DNA of 64,000 nt from Candidatus Poribacteria bacterium (GCA_965218095.1 OZ244587.1:3104001-3168000), one strand, 5' to 3'. Shown: positions 18,531 through 29,101, counted from the first letter of the stretch. Notes: generated by a model from the sequence alone, not told the origin. Numbers and translations: made by a program.

Positions 18531-18716
18531 ATGGCACATCCAAAACGTCGAACGTCAAAATCTAAAAAACGTATGCGAAGAAGCCACCATGCGCTTCTCG
18601 AAAAATTTGTCTCAACATGTCCCCACTGCTCAGAAACAATCCTGTCTCATCGTGTTTGTCCAAGCTGTGGATACTATAAAGGACGACTCGTGCTGAATGT
18701 GGCTGAAAAAACTTAA
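18531..18716 (+). CDS. rpmF: 50S ribosomal protein L32 (zinc-binding type)
   Basis: MAHPKRRTSKSKKRMRRSH, CPHC..HRVCPSCGYYKG. Confidence 0.97.
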   Translation: MAHPKRRTSKSKKRMRRSHHALLEKFVSTCPHCSETILSHRVCPSCGYYKGRLVLNVAEKT

Positions 18717-18786
18717 TGCAATTTGCACAGTCAATCCCTGTTGCGAGCTTGGATGCCGTAGGAAATAAAAAAGGAATGCTATTATA

Positions 18787-19776
18787 ATGGCTCGATATGC
18801 AGCAATCACCGGGACCGGTTCATACCTTCCGGAACAAATATTAACAAACTTCGACCTGGAGCGGATGGTCGATACCAGCGACAAGTGGATTCGGCAGCGC
18901 ACTGGTATTGTCGAACGGCGGATTGCCGAATCCGATATGGCGACCTCAGATTTATGTATCCGAGCCGCCCGACAAGCTATTAAAAAGGCTGAGATTGATC
19001 CCCTTGACATCAACATGGTCATCGTTTGCACCGCGACGCCCGATGCGTTTTTCCCCTCAACTGCGTGTTATGTGCAGCAAGACACTGGCGCCAAGAACGC
19101 CTGCGCGTTTGATATTTCGGCGGCTTGCGCGGGATTCGCCTATGGATTAGACCTCGCCGATAGCATGATCAAATCCGAACGCTATCAAACCATTTTAGTC
19201 GTTGGTGGAGAGGTCTTCAATAAAATCCTCGATTGGACAGATCGGAATACCTGCGTTCTGTTTGGCGACGCCGCAGGTGCTGCAATCGTGCAGGGGACAG
19301 ATGAGGCAAAGGGGATTTTAGCGTCCTATATCGGATGCGATGGAGACTACGCCGATACCGATCTGTTAGGAATGCCAGCCGGTGGCACACGCCTTCCGGC
19401 AAGCCATGAAACTGTCGATAAGAAACTGCATTCCATCAGAATGCGCGGGCGGGAAGTGTTCAAGCTCGGTGTCCGTATTATGCCAGAAGCCGCCCAACGC
19501 GCGTTAGATCTGGCGGGGATGACGATTGATGAGATCGATCTCTTCATCCCGCACCAGGCAAATATGCGCATCATTGAGGCTGTAGGGAATCGGCTTGGAA
19601 TTGCGCCGGAAAAAGTGTATGTCAATGTTGACAGGTATGGGAATACTTCGGCTGCGACCACAATCGTCGCGCTTGACGAAGCCATTCGGGAAGGAAGGGT
19701 GAAGCCGGGCGATTTGGTGCTCCTGGCCACGTTTGGCGCAGGACTGACGTGGGGAAGCACCTTAATTAAGTTCTAA
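18787..19776 (+). CDS. fabH: 3-oxoacyl-ACP synthase III
   Basis: AACAGF, PHQANMRI, GNTSAA, FGAGLTWG. Confidence 0.97.
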   Translation: MARYAAITGTGSYLPEQILTNFDLERMVDTSDKWIRQRTGIVERRIAESDMATSDLCIRAARQAIKKAEIDPLDINMVIVCTATPDAFFPSTACYVQQDTGAKNACAFDISAACAGFAYGLDLADSMIKSERYQTILVVGGEVFNKILDWTDRNTCVLFGDAAGAAIVQGTDEAKGILASYIGCDGDYADTDLLGMPAGGTRLPASHETVDKKLHSIRMRGREVFKLGVRIMPEAAQRALDLAGMTIDEIDLFIPHQANMRIIEAVGNRLGIAPEKVYVNVDRYGNTSAATTIVALDEAIREGRVKPGDLVLLATFGAGLTWGSTLIKF

Positions 19777-19841
19777 ACAAATCAGCGATTTAGCAAAGGG
19801 GCTTTGTATTTCAGAGACCTGCATCACGTTTCACGTTTGAT

Positions 19842-20780
19842 ATGATCAAACTTGCTTGTATTTTTCCCGGTCAAGGTTCTCAAAAGGTGGGAATGGGCTT
19901 GGAACTTGCCCAGGCATATCCTGTTGCCCGTGCGACCTTTGAAGAAGCCGATTCTGTTTTGGATCGGAAACTGAGTCAACTCTGCTTTGATGGTCCCGAT
20001 GAAACGCTGAAACAGACGGAAAATACGCAACTGGCGATTTTGACGTGTAGCGTTGCTGCGCTGCGGATTCTGGAAGAACTGGGTGTTTCCCCGGACATCG
20101 TCGCTGGACATAGCTTGGGAGAGTATTCTGCACTTGTCGCTGCTGGTGTGCTTGCCTTTTCAGATGCGCTGAAGCTGGTCGAATATCGCGCTCAATTCAT
20201 GGCAGAGGCTTCCCGCCGACAAGATTGTACAATGGCTGCAATTTTGGGATTGGAGGCAGAAGCGTTACAAGATCTTTGCGAGGCTGCGTCATCTGTTGGC
20301 GTGGTTCAAATTGCGAATTACAACTGTCCTGGCCAATTGATTGTTTCTGGGGAGACCACCGCCGTCAAACAAGTCATGGAAAGCGCGAAAACTGATGGTG
20401 CTAAACGCTGTCGTCTGCTTCAAGTTAGCGGCGCATTTCATTCGCTTTTGATGATTCCTGCAAAAGATTGCCTTCAAGCGATAATCGATGACTTCCCATT
20501 CAACACCCCGCAGACGCGGGTGGCTGCTAACGTAACGGGTGACTTTGTGCAAACCGCAGATGAGATTCGCCGCACCCTGATAGCGCAGGTAACGTCCCCC
20601 GTTCAGTGGGAGAAATCGATACGGACTATCGGCGCTGCGGGTATCTCTCACTTTGTGGAGGTTGGTCCAGGGAGGGTTCTCTCTGGCATGGTACGCCGCA
20701 TCCTTCGTGAACCGATCTGCCGCAATGTTGAGGATACTAAAAGCTTGGAAAAAACGATAAGTGTGATACGTGAAACGTGA
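19842..20780 (+). CDS. fabD: malonyl-CoA:ACP transacylase
   Basis: FPGQGSQ, GHSLGEY, SGAFHS. Confidence 0.97.
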   Translation: MIKLACIFPGQGSQKVGMGLELAQAYPVARATFEEADSVLDRKLSQLCFDGPDETLKQTENTQLAILTCSVAALRILEELGVSPDIVAGHSLGEYSALVAAGVLAFSDALKLVEYRAQFMAEASRRQDCTMAAILGLEAEALQDLCEAASSVGVVQIANYNCPGQLIVSGETTAVKQVMESAKTDGAKRCRLLQVSGAFHSLLMIPAKDCLQAIIDDFPFNTPQTRVAANVTGDFVQTADEIRRTLIAQVTSPVQWEKSIRTIGAAGISHFVEVGPGRVLSGMVRRILREPICRNVEDTKSLEKTISVIRET

Positions 20781-20806
20781 AGTCCATTCTGTTTAGGGAT
20801 GATTGA

Positions 20807-21547
20807 ATGAAACTCAAAGACAAAGTCACAATTGTGACAGGTGCATCGCGTGGGATTGGCGAAGCGATTGCCCGAAAATTCTGTGAAGAAGGCGCGAGCG
20901 TTGTGCTCTGTTCACGTTCCGCTGAAGCAGTCGTTGCGATTGCCGAATCGCTTGCGGATGAAGGTTGGAACGCAAAATCGACACAGGCGGACATTTCCAA
21001 AAAAGCAGATGTGGAAGCACTGGTTGATCTGACCCTGAAAGAATTTTCCCGCGTTGATATTCTCGTGAATAACGCTGGGATTACCCGCGATGCCTTATTT
21101 ATGCGAATGAAGGCTGAAGACTGGGAGGTGGTCTTACAGACCAATCTCACAGGGACAGCGTACTGCATGCACGGTGTTATCCGTCCGATGATGCGTCAAA
21201 AAAGTGGGCGAATCATTAATATTTCATCAGTTGTGGGTCTAATGGGGAATGCAGGACAAGCGAACTATGCAGCTTCCAAAGCCGGGATAATTGGCTTGAC
21301 TAAATCCGTTGCAAAAGAAGTTGGCCGACGCGGCATTACGGTAAATGCAATCGCCCCCGGTTTTATCACAACCGATATGACGGCAAAATTATCAGAACAA
21401 GATCAACAGAAGATGCTGGAGGTGATTCCAATAGGCGATTTCGGTGGGCCGGAAGATGTTGCGGAAGCTGCGTTATTTTTGGCATCTGATGCCGCTCGAT
21501 ACATCACGGGGCAGGTGATCCAAGTTGATGGTGGCATGGTTATGTAA
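20807..21547 (+). CDS. fabG: 3-oxoacyl-ACP reductase
   Basis: TGASRGIG, NNAGITRD, YAASK. Confidence 0.97.
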   Translation: MKLKDKVTIVTGASRGIGEAIARKFCEEGASVVLCSRSAEAVVAIAESLADEGWNAKSTQADISKKADVEALVDLTLKEFSRVDILVNNAGITRDALFMRMKAEDWEVVLQTNLTGTAYCMHGVIRPMMRQKSGRIINISSVVGLMGNAGQANYAASKAGIIGLTKSVAKEVGRRGITVNAIAPGFITTDMTAKLSEQDQQKMLEVIPIGDFGGPEDVAEAALFLASDAARYITGQVIQVDGGMVM

Positions 21548-21550
21548 TGC

Positions 21551-21618
21551 AGGTATCAGGTGTTAGGACTCAGGTATTGCGATATGCCTGATGCCTAATA
21601 TCCAATGCCCAATACCTA
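21551..21618. repeat. degenerate heptamer tandem repeats (STRR-like) forming an imperfect hairpin
   Basis: (C/T)AGGT.T-type units, then complementary TGCCT.A/TACCTAA-type units, between fabG and acpP. Confidence 0.6.
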
Positions 21619-21641
21619 AAAAGAGGAGGTTAATAAAATCG

Positions 21642-21875
21642 ATGGCAGTAGATCGAAATCGAATTATCAAAATGATTGCAGATCATTTGCAGATCGACGA
21701 GGACCAGGTCACGCTTGAGTCCGCGTTCATGGATGATTTAGGCGCCGACTCGTTGGATACAGTGGAATTGATTATGGCGCTCGAAGAGGAATTTGATATT
21801 GAAATTCCGGATAGCGATGCCGAAAAGATTCGCACTGTGCAGAATGTGCTTGATTACCTGAACACGCGTGCCTGA
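21642..21875 (+). CDS. acpP: acyl carrier protein
   Basis: [20 protein letters not shown]; RBS GAGGAGG. Confidence 0.97.
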   Translation: MAVDRNRIIKMIADHLQIDEDQVTLESAFMDDLGADSLDTVELIMALEEEFDIEIPDSDAEKIRTVQNVLDYLNTRA

Positions 21876-21983
21876 TGTGCGCATAATTTCAATTCGCGAT
21901 TGGCGGTCATCAGGTAGACCGCCGATCGTTAATTTTAACCTAAAGAATACTGTCAAAAATAACAGGCGAAAGAGGTACAATTC

Positions 21984-23225
21984 GTGGGGCGAGTAGTTAT
22001 CACCGGAATGGGAGTGGTCAGTGCAGTCGGCAACTCCAAAAATGAGTTTTGGGAATCAATTGCGGCAGGTAAAAGTGGTATTGATCGCGTGACACATTTC
22101 GATCCGAAGGAGTTTCGCTCGCAGATCGGGGGAGAAGTCAAAGAGTTTGCGCCGGAGATGTTTCTCCCACCTAAAGCCGCAGCCCGTTTACCTTTGTTTA
22201 TTAAATACGGACTTGTTGCGTCAATCATGGCACAGCAGGATGCTGGACTCGATTTGTCTCGGATCGACCCTTACCGTGTTGGCGTTGGTGTCGGGTCTGG
22301 CATTGGCGGCATTAGTGTCCTTGAAGAGAACGCTCGGTTATTAATGGAAAGAGGACCTAAACGGGTGAGCCCCTTCTTCGTACCTTACGAGATCATCAAT
22401 ATGGCTGCCGGGCAGATCTCGATCCATTTGAAAATCAAGGGACCGAACTTCGCATCTGTAACGGCGTGTGCAACTGCCAACAACACAATTGGGGAATCAT
22501 TTCGGTTAATTCAGCGTGAAGATGTTGACGTAATGTTTGCCGGTGGCACAGAAGCCGCAATCACTCCATTGAGTTATGCCGGTTTTTGCTCAATGCGTGC
22601 AATGTCTATCCGCAACGACGAGCCACAACGGGCAAGCCGTCCTTTTGATAAGGATCGGGATGGGTTTGTCATGGGGGAAGGTGCAGGCGTGCTGACCTTG
22701 GAATCTCTTTCGCACGCTTTGGAACGCGACGCCTACATCTATGGCGAGATTGTTGGCTACGGGATGAGTTCCGATGCGTATGATATGGTGCATCCAAGCA
22801 AAGATGGCGAAGGTGCCGCCAAAGCCATGGAATTTGCACTCAAGGACGGTCAAATTGCCCCGGAAGAGGTTGGTTACATCAACGCCCACGGAACTTCGAC
22901 GCCAGCAGGCGATGCTGCTGAAATAGTTGCTATTAAAAATGTATTTGGAGCGCACGCTTACCGACTCGCCGTGAGTTCGACGAAATCGATGATGGGTCAC
23001 TTGCTTGGCGCCGCCGGAGCTGTTGAACTGATTGCCAGTGTCTGTGCAATCGAAAAAGGCTATATCCCTCCCACCATTAACTACGAAACTCCCGATCCGG
23101 ATTGCGATCTGGATTGCGTGCCGAACCAAGGACGCCCTGCGGATATTCAGGTCGCATTGTCCAACGCTTTTGGTTTTGGCGGACACAATACATCGATTGC
23201 TGTCCGAAAATATGTTGAAGCGTAA
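21984..23225 (+). CDS. fabF: 3-oxoacyl-ACP synthase II
   Basis: [27 protein letters not shown]. Confidence 0.97.
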   Translation: MGRVVITGMGVVSAVGNSKNEFWESIAAGKSGIDRVTHFDPKEFRSQIGGEVKEFAPEMFLPPKAAARLPLFIKYGLVASIMAQQDAGLDLSRIDPYRVGVGVGSGIGGISVLEENARLLMERGPKRVSPFFVPYEIINMAAGQISIHLKIKGPNFASVTACATANNTIGESFRLIQREDVDVMFAGGTEAAITPLSYAGFCSMRAMSIRNDEPQRASRPFDKDRDGFVMGEGAGVLTLESLSHALERDAYIYGEIVGYGMSSDAYDMVHPSKDGEGAAKAMEFALKDGQIAPEEVGYINAHGTSTPAGDAAEIVAIKNVFGAHAYRLAVSSTKSMMGHLLGAAGAVELIASVCAIEKGYIPPTINYETPDPDCDLDCVPNQGRPADIQVALSNAFGFGGHNTSIAVRKYVEA

Positions 23226-23317
23226 AATGTGAAACGTGATGCACAATACGGAACACATTTTATGCTTCTTATTTGTTTTCCTACCTGCTGCTTTCCCTTC
23301 TTGCTCCTCTTTACCTC

Positions 23318-23356
23318 ATCGCCGGAATCACGAATAATGGACAAGCAGAGCTCGTC
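23318..23356 (+). repeat. 39-bp near-exact copy of nagZ internal sequence 25842-25880
   Basis: ATCGCCGGAATCACGAATAATGGACAAGCAG(A/C)GCTCGTC, 38/39 identical. Confidence 0.9.
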
Positions 23357-23388
23357 TAGCTGTAATACCTACCTTATAGGAGTTCTAA

Positions 23389-24351
23389 ATGGCACAAAAG
23401 CGAAAATACAAAAATCCATACTGCCAGACCCAATCCGAGTTGGCAGAATGGCTTTCTCTGTTCGCTCGCGATCACAGCACTACCGAAGTCGCTGACGCAC
23501 TCGTCGAGCGATATCCAGAACGAACGACCGGCGATCCAAAAGCCGACCATCGATGGGCAAAGGAAGCCATCTGCACCGTCAACCCCAACGACAACCGTTA
23601 CAACGCCGCGAAGTGGGATAAGCAATTCTGGCTAACGCAGGCGAATTACCATCGGGAGCTGGAGAAGCGTCACCGACGACTGGCATCTAAGGCAGTGAGC
23701 GCATTGAACGCCGCGTATGACAGTCTGGAATCTACAATTTCAGCCCTTAGCCCAAAAGAGCAAATCTCACTTGTTCCGAAAGCGTTGCTCACTCTTAATC
23801 AAGCCATCGGAAGCGTGCAAGCACCGCCCCCGTCATCCGAGCAAAACGACCCAGACGAGGATACCGAAGCCAAAGCACAAGCCGATACCGAAAAAGAGGA
23901 AATGACAGTGGAAGAAGCCCGCGAGATCATAACCAGATTAATAAACCGGCGCAAAGCACAAAATATACTGCGGAAAGGCAAAAGCTTTGATGAGGTAACG
24001 GCAGAGACCGGCATGACTGAAGAGGAAATTAAAGAGCATCTGATGCGTAAAAAAGTCGAACACGAGGTCCTCGGCATGTACAAAAACGGCATGGACGTAG
24101 AGACGATCCAGCTACGAACCAAGCTCGGCTATGCCTACATCGACAGCATTATAGATAACGCCGTCAACGACAGAATTTCGGGTTTTGACAGCCGGAGACG
24201 GGAAAATTCTGAGGCCCGCGCCAAAACCCGTTCGCTATTAAAGAACGGCGACGACGAGGATTTAGACTTTGATTCGGATGCGGACACCGCCAGCGATGAC
24301 CGTGACGACCGCCCACCGCCGCGCGGTGCCGAATGGGAGAGTAGGGAATAA
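23389..24351 (+). CDS. hypothetical protein with two HTH-like segments
   Basis: RBS AGGAG; LRKGKSFDEVTAETGMTEEEI and YKNGMDVETIQLRTKLG resemble HTH; no firm family. Confidence 0.6.
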   Translation: MAQKRKYKNPYCQTQSELAEWLSLFARDHSTTEVADALVERYPERTTGDPKADHRWAKEAICTVNPNDNRYNAAKWDKQFWLTQANYHRELEKRHRRLASKAVSALNAAYDSLESTISALSPKEQISLVPKALLTLNQAIGSVQAPPPSSEQNDPDEDTEAKAQADTEKEEMTVEEAREIITRLINRRKAQNILRKGKSFDEVTAETGMTEEEIKEHLMRKKVEHEVLGMYKNGMDVETIQLRTKLGYAYIDSIIDNAVNDRISGFDSRRRENSEARAKTRSLLKNGDDEDLDFDSDADTASDDRDDRPPPRGAEWESRE

Positions 24352-24367
24352 CGATCGTTATTCCTAC
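24341..24367. repeat. GTAG-type REP palindrome
   Basis: GTAGGGAATAACGATCGTTATTCCTAC, supplies the stop codon of the upstream ORF. Confidence 0.7.
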
Positions 24368-24410
24368 AATTTTTCGTTATAGTTACCCCAATCGGGAGGC
24401 ATCAAAATCC

Positions 24411-26084
24411 TTGTTACACACGACACATTACGCTTCATGCCTTCTTGCTGCACTTCTTATCGGCACGGCCTCTTCCCAACTCTTCGCCCTCACCGATCCG
24501 GAAATTGACACAATGATAGCCGAAATGACAATCGAGGAAAAAGTCGGACAGCTCATCATGGTTGGCTTCGAGGGGACCCAGGCCAACACCGCCATCGAAA
24601 CCCATATCCGCCAACGGTTTGTCGGTGGGGTCGTCCTCTTTAGCCGGAATATCCAATCCCCGCAACAGATGGCGAAATTAACGAATGAGCTCCAGCGATT
24701 GGCGCGAGGGACGGTGCGTCAAATTCCGTTGCTGATCGGCATTGACCAAGAGGGCGGTTGGGTCATACGCCTGAAAAAAGGCGCGACGGTTCTGCCCGGC
24801 AATATGGCGTTGGGGGCAACCGATTCGACCGAATTGGCAGAGCGGGCGGGAGAAATCACCGCCGTTGAACTCGCCGCGGTGGGGGTCAACCTGAACTTCG
24901 CTCCGGTCATGGATGTCAACAACAATCCACGCAATCCCGTTATCGGTCGTCGTTCCTTCGGCGGATCGCCGGGGCTCGTTTCCCGTTTGGGGGTCGCTTA
25001 CATCCGGGGGTTGCAGCACAACGGCGTTCTGGCAACCGCGAAGCATTTCCCCGGACACGGAGACACCACCGTCGACTCGCACTTCGACCTGCCAACCGTG
25101 AGCCATGACCTGAAGCGCATCCACGCCCTTGAGCTGAAACCCTTTCGGGCTGCGATTGATGCCGATGTCGCTGCAATCATGACAGCGCATATCATCTATC
25201 CCGCCCTCGATGCCGACCGACCCGCCACCCTCTCGCCGACTATCTTAACGGATCTCTTACGCCAAGAACTCGGCTTTGATGGCTTGCTCATTACCGATGA
25301 TATGGAGATGAAAGCGATCGACGCTCGCTACCAATCGGGCGAAGCCGCGGTGATGGCGATTGAAGCCGGGGCGGACATCGTGCTTGTACTCTGGACGCCC
25401 ACGAAGCAGATTGAGGTCTTTAAGGCGTTGCTATCGGCGGTGAAGAGCGGACGAATCTCTCAAGCCCGGTTAGACCAATCCGTGAGACGTATTCTGAAAA
25501 GCAAGGGGGCGGCGTTTGGCCGACGTTTCGTTGATCCCGATGCGGTGGGAACAACCGTCGGGCGGGACGCACATAAGCAACTCGCTGGGGCAATCGCATC
25601 GCGGGCAATTACAGTGGTGGGGAATCGAAATAACATCGTGCCCTTAAAATTAAAGCCGGAAACCTCCGCTCTGATCCTAAGTGCATCACCGACCTTATTC
25701 GATATCTTCAAGGCACATCACCCGAACACGATCGAGGTGAGAATCCCAGAGAAACCGGATGGAGAACAAATCCCCCCGCAACTGACCCTGCAAGTTGCTT
25801 TGAATCCCGATCTTATCGGGGCGGGAAACGCCGATGTCATTATCGCCGGAATCACGAATAATGGACAAGCAGCGCTCGTCCAACAAATCAGCATGGGGAC
25901 AAAAACCCCCGTCATCGTCATCGCGTTTGGGTCCCCCTACACACTCCGTCACTGCCTGACTGTCTCCGCATCCCTTGCCGCTTATGATATCCACTACGCC
26001 TCTGTGTTGGCAGCGGTCGAGGTGATTGTCGGAGCACAAGAGGCTCAAGGCAAACTGCCGATTCAATTGTCAATTGAGCAGTAG
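24411..26084 (+). CDS. nagZ: GH3 beta-N-acetylhexosaminidase with signal peptide
   Basis: IDQEGG, KHFPGHGDT.VDSH (NagZ Asp-His dyad), ITDDMEM. Confidence 0.9.
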   Translation: MLHTTHYASCLLAALLIGTASSQLFALTDPEIDTMIAEMTIEEKVGQLIMVGFEGTQANTAIETHIRQRFVGGVVLFSRNIQSPQQMAKLTNELQRLARGTVRQIPLLIGIDQEGGWVIRLKKGATVLPGNMALGATDSTELAERAGEITAVELAAVGVNLNFAPVMDVNNNPRNPVIGRRSFGGSPGLVSRLGVAYIRGLQHNGVLATAKHFPGHGDTTVDSHFDLPTVSHDLKRIHALELKPFRAAIDADVAAIMTAHIIYPALDADRPATLSPTILTDLLRQELGFDGLLITDDMEMKAIDARYQSGEAAVMAIEAGADIVLVLWTPTKQIEVFKALLSAVKSGRISQARLDQSVRRILKSKGAAFGRRFVDPDAVGTTVGRDAHKQLAGAIASRAITVVGNRNNIVPLKLKPETSALILSASPTLFDIFKAHHPNTIEVRIPEKPDGEQIPPQLTLQVALNPDLIGAGNADVIIAGITNNGQAALVQQISMGTKTPVIVIAFGSPYTLRHCLTVSASLAAYDIHYASVLAAVEVIVGAQEAQGKLPIQLSIEQ

Positions 26085-26197
26085 GGAACGCAGATCCCGA
26101 TTCCGTTGGCAAATTCTTTGCCTTACGGAATCGTGGATGCTCGGTTTTGTGATCTTCCCGCTTTGGAAGAAACAAAACCGGCATCTGCGTTCCCTAC
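26081..26197. repeat. GTAG-REP-bounded nested hairpin element (117 bp)
   Basis: GTAGGGAACGCAGAT / ATCTGCGTTCCCTAC, 15-bp inverted repeat enclosing two further hairpins. Confidence 0.75.
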
Positions 26198-26235
26198 CGG
26201 TTGCAAACCGTGTCCTGTCAAGGAGGTCAACACCA

Positions 26236-26442
26236 ATGCAATCCACGACGAAAGATCGAAAGCAGAAACTGAAACCGACAACGGGAAAGAATCCGATAGC
26301 GCAACGCCTGATCACAGCAATGGAGAAACCACCACATCTCACCCATGAAGACGTTGAAGCACTGCGTCAGTCAATCGAAGAAGGAAAATTGCCCGTAAAA
26401 TTTGATTCACCCCTTGAGCCGGATGAACGTCAAAAACAATGA
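26236..26442 (+). CDS. small hypothetical protein, antitoxin-like
   Basis: Strong RBS AAGGAGG, 68 aa; overlapping ATGA followed by an immediate stop suggests a lost partner. Confidence 0.5.
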   Translation: MQSTTKDRKQKLKPTTGKNPIAQRLITAMEKPPHLTHEDVEALRQSIEEGKLPVKFDSPLEPDERQKQ

Positions 26443-26501
26443 ATTAAATATCTTGTTTCTACAACTCCGCGCCGTGTCAGTGCGAGAATGGAGGAAAAAT
26501 T

Positions 26502-27377
26502 ATGGCTGAAACAACTCCATTAAAATTACGTGTGAGTAGAGAAGAGGCACGTCAGAAAATACAAGCGCGAATTGAGAAGGGACAACAACTTCGCAGCGAA
26601 GATATACGTTCAAACGAAAGAAAAAAAGCCGGAAGAGAACGCAAAAATTGGTCAGAAGATAACAAAACCCTCCTGCTGAGTCTATTTGGTGAAGAGTCAA
26701 CAGCAGTAGACCAGTATATTCACTTCGATAATTTTATAGATTCAAGAAGTCTTGCGCGGTTTAGCCCAGATGTCCCTTCTCATGTAAAGGGGTCACGCTT
26801 GTATGAAGAACGTATGAACTCTAGCATCAAGAGCCTAAAGGAAATCCTTAGTGAACTTGAATTATACGATAAGCCCTCAGATGTTCAGCGTACATCCGTT
26901 AATGAAGATACTTCAGATAATTTTGCTCGCACTTTCGGCGACAAAGTGTTCATCGTGCACGGGCGTGATGATGGAGCTAAAGAAACTGTCGCTAGATTTG
27001 TAGAAAATTTAGGTATAGAGGCAACTATACTTCATGAACAACCGAGCGGGGGTCGAACGATTATTGAGAAAATCGAGAGGTACTCGGGCGACGCATGCTT
27101 TGCTATCGTCTTGATTACACCTGATGATGTTGGGGCCTTAAGAGATGAAGCAGATGACGAACGCAACCCTAGAGCCCGACAGAACGTTGTCTTTGAACTA
27201 GGCTATTTTATGGGAAAGCTAGGCCGCGAAAGAGTATGCCCACTCTTCAAAGGCGAAGTAGAGAACCCCTCAGATATTGATGGTATAGTCTATGTGACCA
27301 TGGACAATTCAGGTGCATGGCGTCAGCAACTACGCCAAGAAATGGAGTACGCCGGGTTACCTGTACAGAACAGATAA
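26502..27377 (+). CDS. TIR-like nucleotide-binding domain protein (CAP12/Pycsar-effector-type TIR) with N-terminal helical domain
   Basis: KVFIVHGRD, ILHEQ..GRTIIEK, FAIVL.TPDD, RARQNVVFELG(catalytic E)YF, PSDIDG. Confidence 0.85.
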   Translation: MAETTPLKLRVSREEARQKIQARIEKGQQLRSEDIRSNERKKAGRERKNWSEDNKTLLLSLFGEESTAVDQYIHFDNFIDSRSLARFSPDVPSHVKGSRLYEERMNSSIKSLKEILSELELYDKPSDVQRTSVNEDTSDNFARTFGDKVFIVHGRDDGAKETVARFVENLGIEATILHEQPSGGRTIIEKIERYSGDACFAIVLITPDDVGALRDEADDERNPRARQNVVFELGYFMGKLGRERVCPLFKGEVENPSDIDGIVYVTMDNSGAWRQQLRQEMEYAGLPVQNR

Positions 27378-27415
27378 ACTTATAGACTCCCGCACTACCC
27401 CAAAGGAATTTCACC

Positions 27416-29101
27416 ATGCCCACACTCGACTTTAAAGGAAAACAACATATCTACGCCCACCATCTCACCGTTCCCTACCGGCCGATTGAACCGGACGAAA
27501 GCCGCTCCTGCAACCCAGCCGGTGCCGACGACAACCTCATCATCCACGGCGATAACCTACACGCCCTCAAAGCCTTATTACCCCGCTACGCGAACCGTAT
27601 CAAGTGCGTCTACATTGACCCTCCCTACAACACAGGCAGTCAGGCTTGGGTGTACAACGACCGCGTGAACAGTCCGTTGATGCAAGCGTGGTTTGCTCAA
27701 AATAGCCCGGTTGATGGTGAAGACCTTGAACGCCACGACAAGTGGCTCTGCATGATGTGGTCACGCCTGCATCTGCTCCGAGAATTGCTGTCCGATGATG
27801 GCGTGATTTTTGTTTCCATTGATGACCATGAACAGCACCATTTGCGCATGATGATGGACGAAATATTTGGGGCTGAGACATTTATTGCATGTCTTGCGGC
27901 AGTTCTTAATCTAAAAGGGAGTCGGGACAATCGAGGTTTCACCACTACACATGAAAGTGTGCTTGTTTACGAGAAGGTCGCCAGATCAGCAATCCTTCAT
28001 GAAGTCCCTTTGCACGATGACGACACCGATGAATGGTTTGAAGACGATGTGGGTTGGTACAAAAAAGGTGCAAGTCTGAAGTACAGTGGGGAAAATGCGC
28101 CCAGAGAGAAAAGACCAAATCTATTTTATCCAATATATGTAGATGAAGATGGCACTGTTGGAGTTGAACCGAAATCTGATACATCAGAAGAACTTTGGCC
28201 GATTGCAGACGGTGGCCAAGAAGTTACTTGGCGCTGGAGCCGAGATACAGTCACAGCAAATCCAAATGAGATCCTTGCTATTCGATCACTAATAGGTTGG
28301 ACATTACATAAGAAACAACGACCACCGGTTGGGGTTGTTCCATCGAAAAAGCCCAAGTCAACGTTCTATTCGCCTAAGTACTCTGCTACTACTGCTACAA
28401 TCATTGTCAAAGAAATTTTTGACAATACCAGAACATTTGATTATCCAAAATCTCCACATTTCTTAGCTGACCTGATAAGTATTGCTGGTGTCGGTACTGA
28501 CGACATCATCCTCGACTCATTTGCCGGCAGCGGCACTACAGCCCACGCGGTCCTCGCGCTGAACAAGGAAGATGGTGGCAATCGGAAGTTTATCCTCATT
28601 GAGTGCGAGGATTACGCCGACACCATCACCGCCGAGCGGGTCCGCCGTGTCATCAACGGCGTACCCAATGCCCGCGACGCTTCACTGCGCGAAGGCTTGG
28701 GCGGCTCCTTCACCTACGGCACATTGGGCAAACCGATTGAAATAGAGGGGATGCTCACCGGGGAAGCACTCCCGTCTTATGAATCACTCGCCGCCTGTCT
28801 ACTGTCTACCGCCTCTGGGATTTCCGTTGGGGCGAATGCGTTAGAGCAGAAAAACGGTGACGGCCTCTTCCACAGCGGTGATGGAATTGACTACTACCTG
28901 CTCTACAAACCCGACCTCGAATACCTACGGAGTAACGAGGCGATCCTTAACTTAGAGCGAGCGGAACGTATCCGCAACGCCAATCATCAGAACGGGGTTA
29001 AGGCAATCGTTTACGCGCCGGGAAAATACATCGGCCAGCGGGAACTCACAGGAATGGGGATTACATTCTGTCAACTTCCTCACGCCCTGCACGAAAGATA
29101 A
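27416..29101 (+). CDS. mod: type III restriction-modification methyltransferase Mod
   Basis: IHGDNL.ALK.L, YIDPPYNTG, FDYPK, ILDSFAGSGTT; AT-richer central target recognition domain. Confidence 0.92.
   Translation: MPTLDFKGKQHIYAHHLTVPYRPIEPDESRSCNPAGADDNLIIHGDNLHALKALLPRYANRIKCVYIDPPYNTGSQAWVYNDRVNSPLMQAWFAQNSPVDGEDLERHDKWLCMMWSRLHLLRELLSDDGVIFVSIDDHEQHHLRMMMDEIFGAETFIACLAAVLNLKGSRDNRGFTTTHESVLVYEKVARSAILHEVPLHDDDTDEWFEDDVGWYKKGASLKYSGENAPREKRPNLFYPIYVDEDGTVGVEPKSDTSEELWPIADGGQEVTWRWSRDTVTANPNEILAIRSLIGWTLHKKQRPPVGVVPSKKPKSTFYSPKYSATTATIIVKEIFDNTRTFDYPKSPHFLADLISIAGVGTDDIILDSFAGSGTTAHAVLALNKEDGGNRKFILIECEDYADTITAERVRRVINGVPNARDASLREGLGGSFTYGTLGKPIEIEGMLTGEALPSYESLAACLLSTASGISVGANALEQKNGDGLFHSGDGIDYYLLYKPDLEYLRSNEAILNLERAERIRNANHQNGVKAIVYAPGKYIGQRELTGMGITFCQLPHALHER

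Noticed and set aside
26502-27377. Complete CBASS, Pycsar or Thoeris system
   Set aside because: No cyclase, STING/cNMP-binding domain or ThsA partner is visible.
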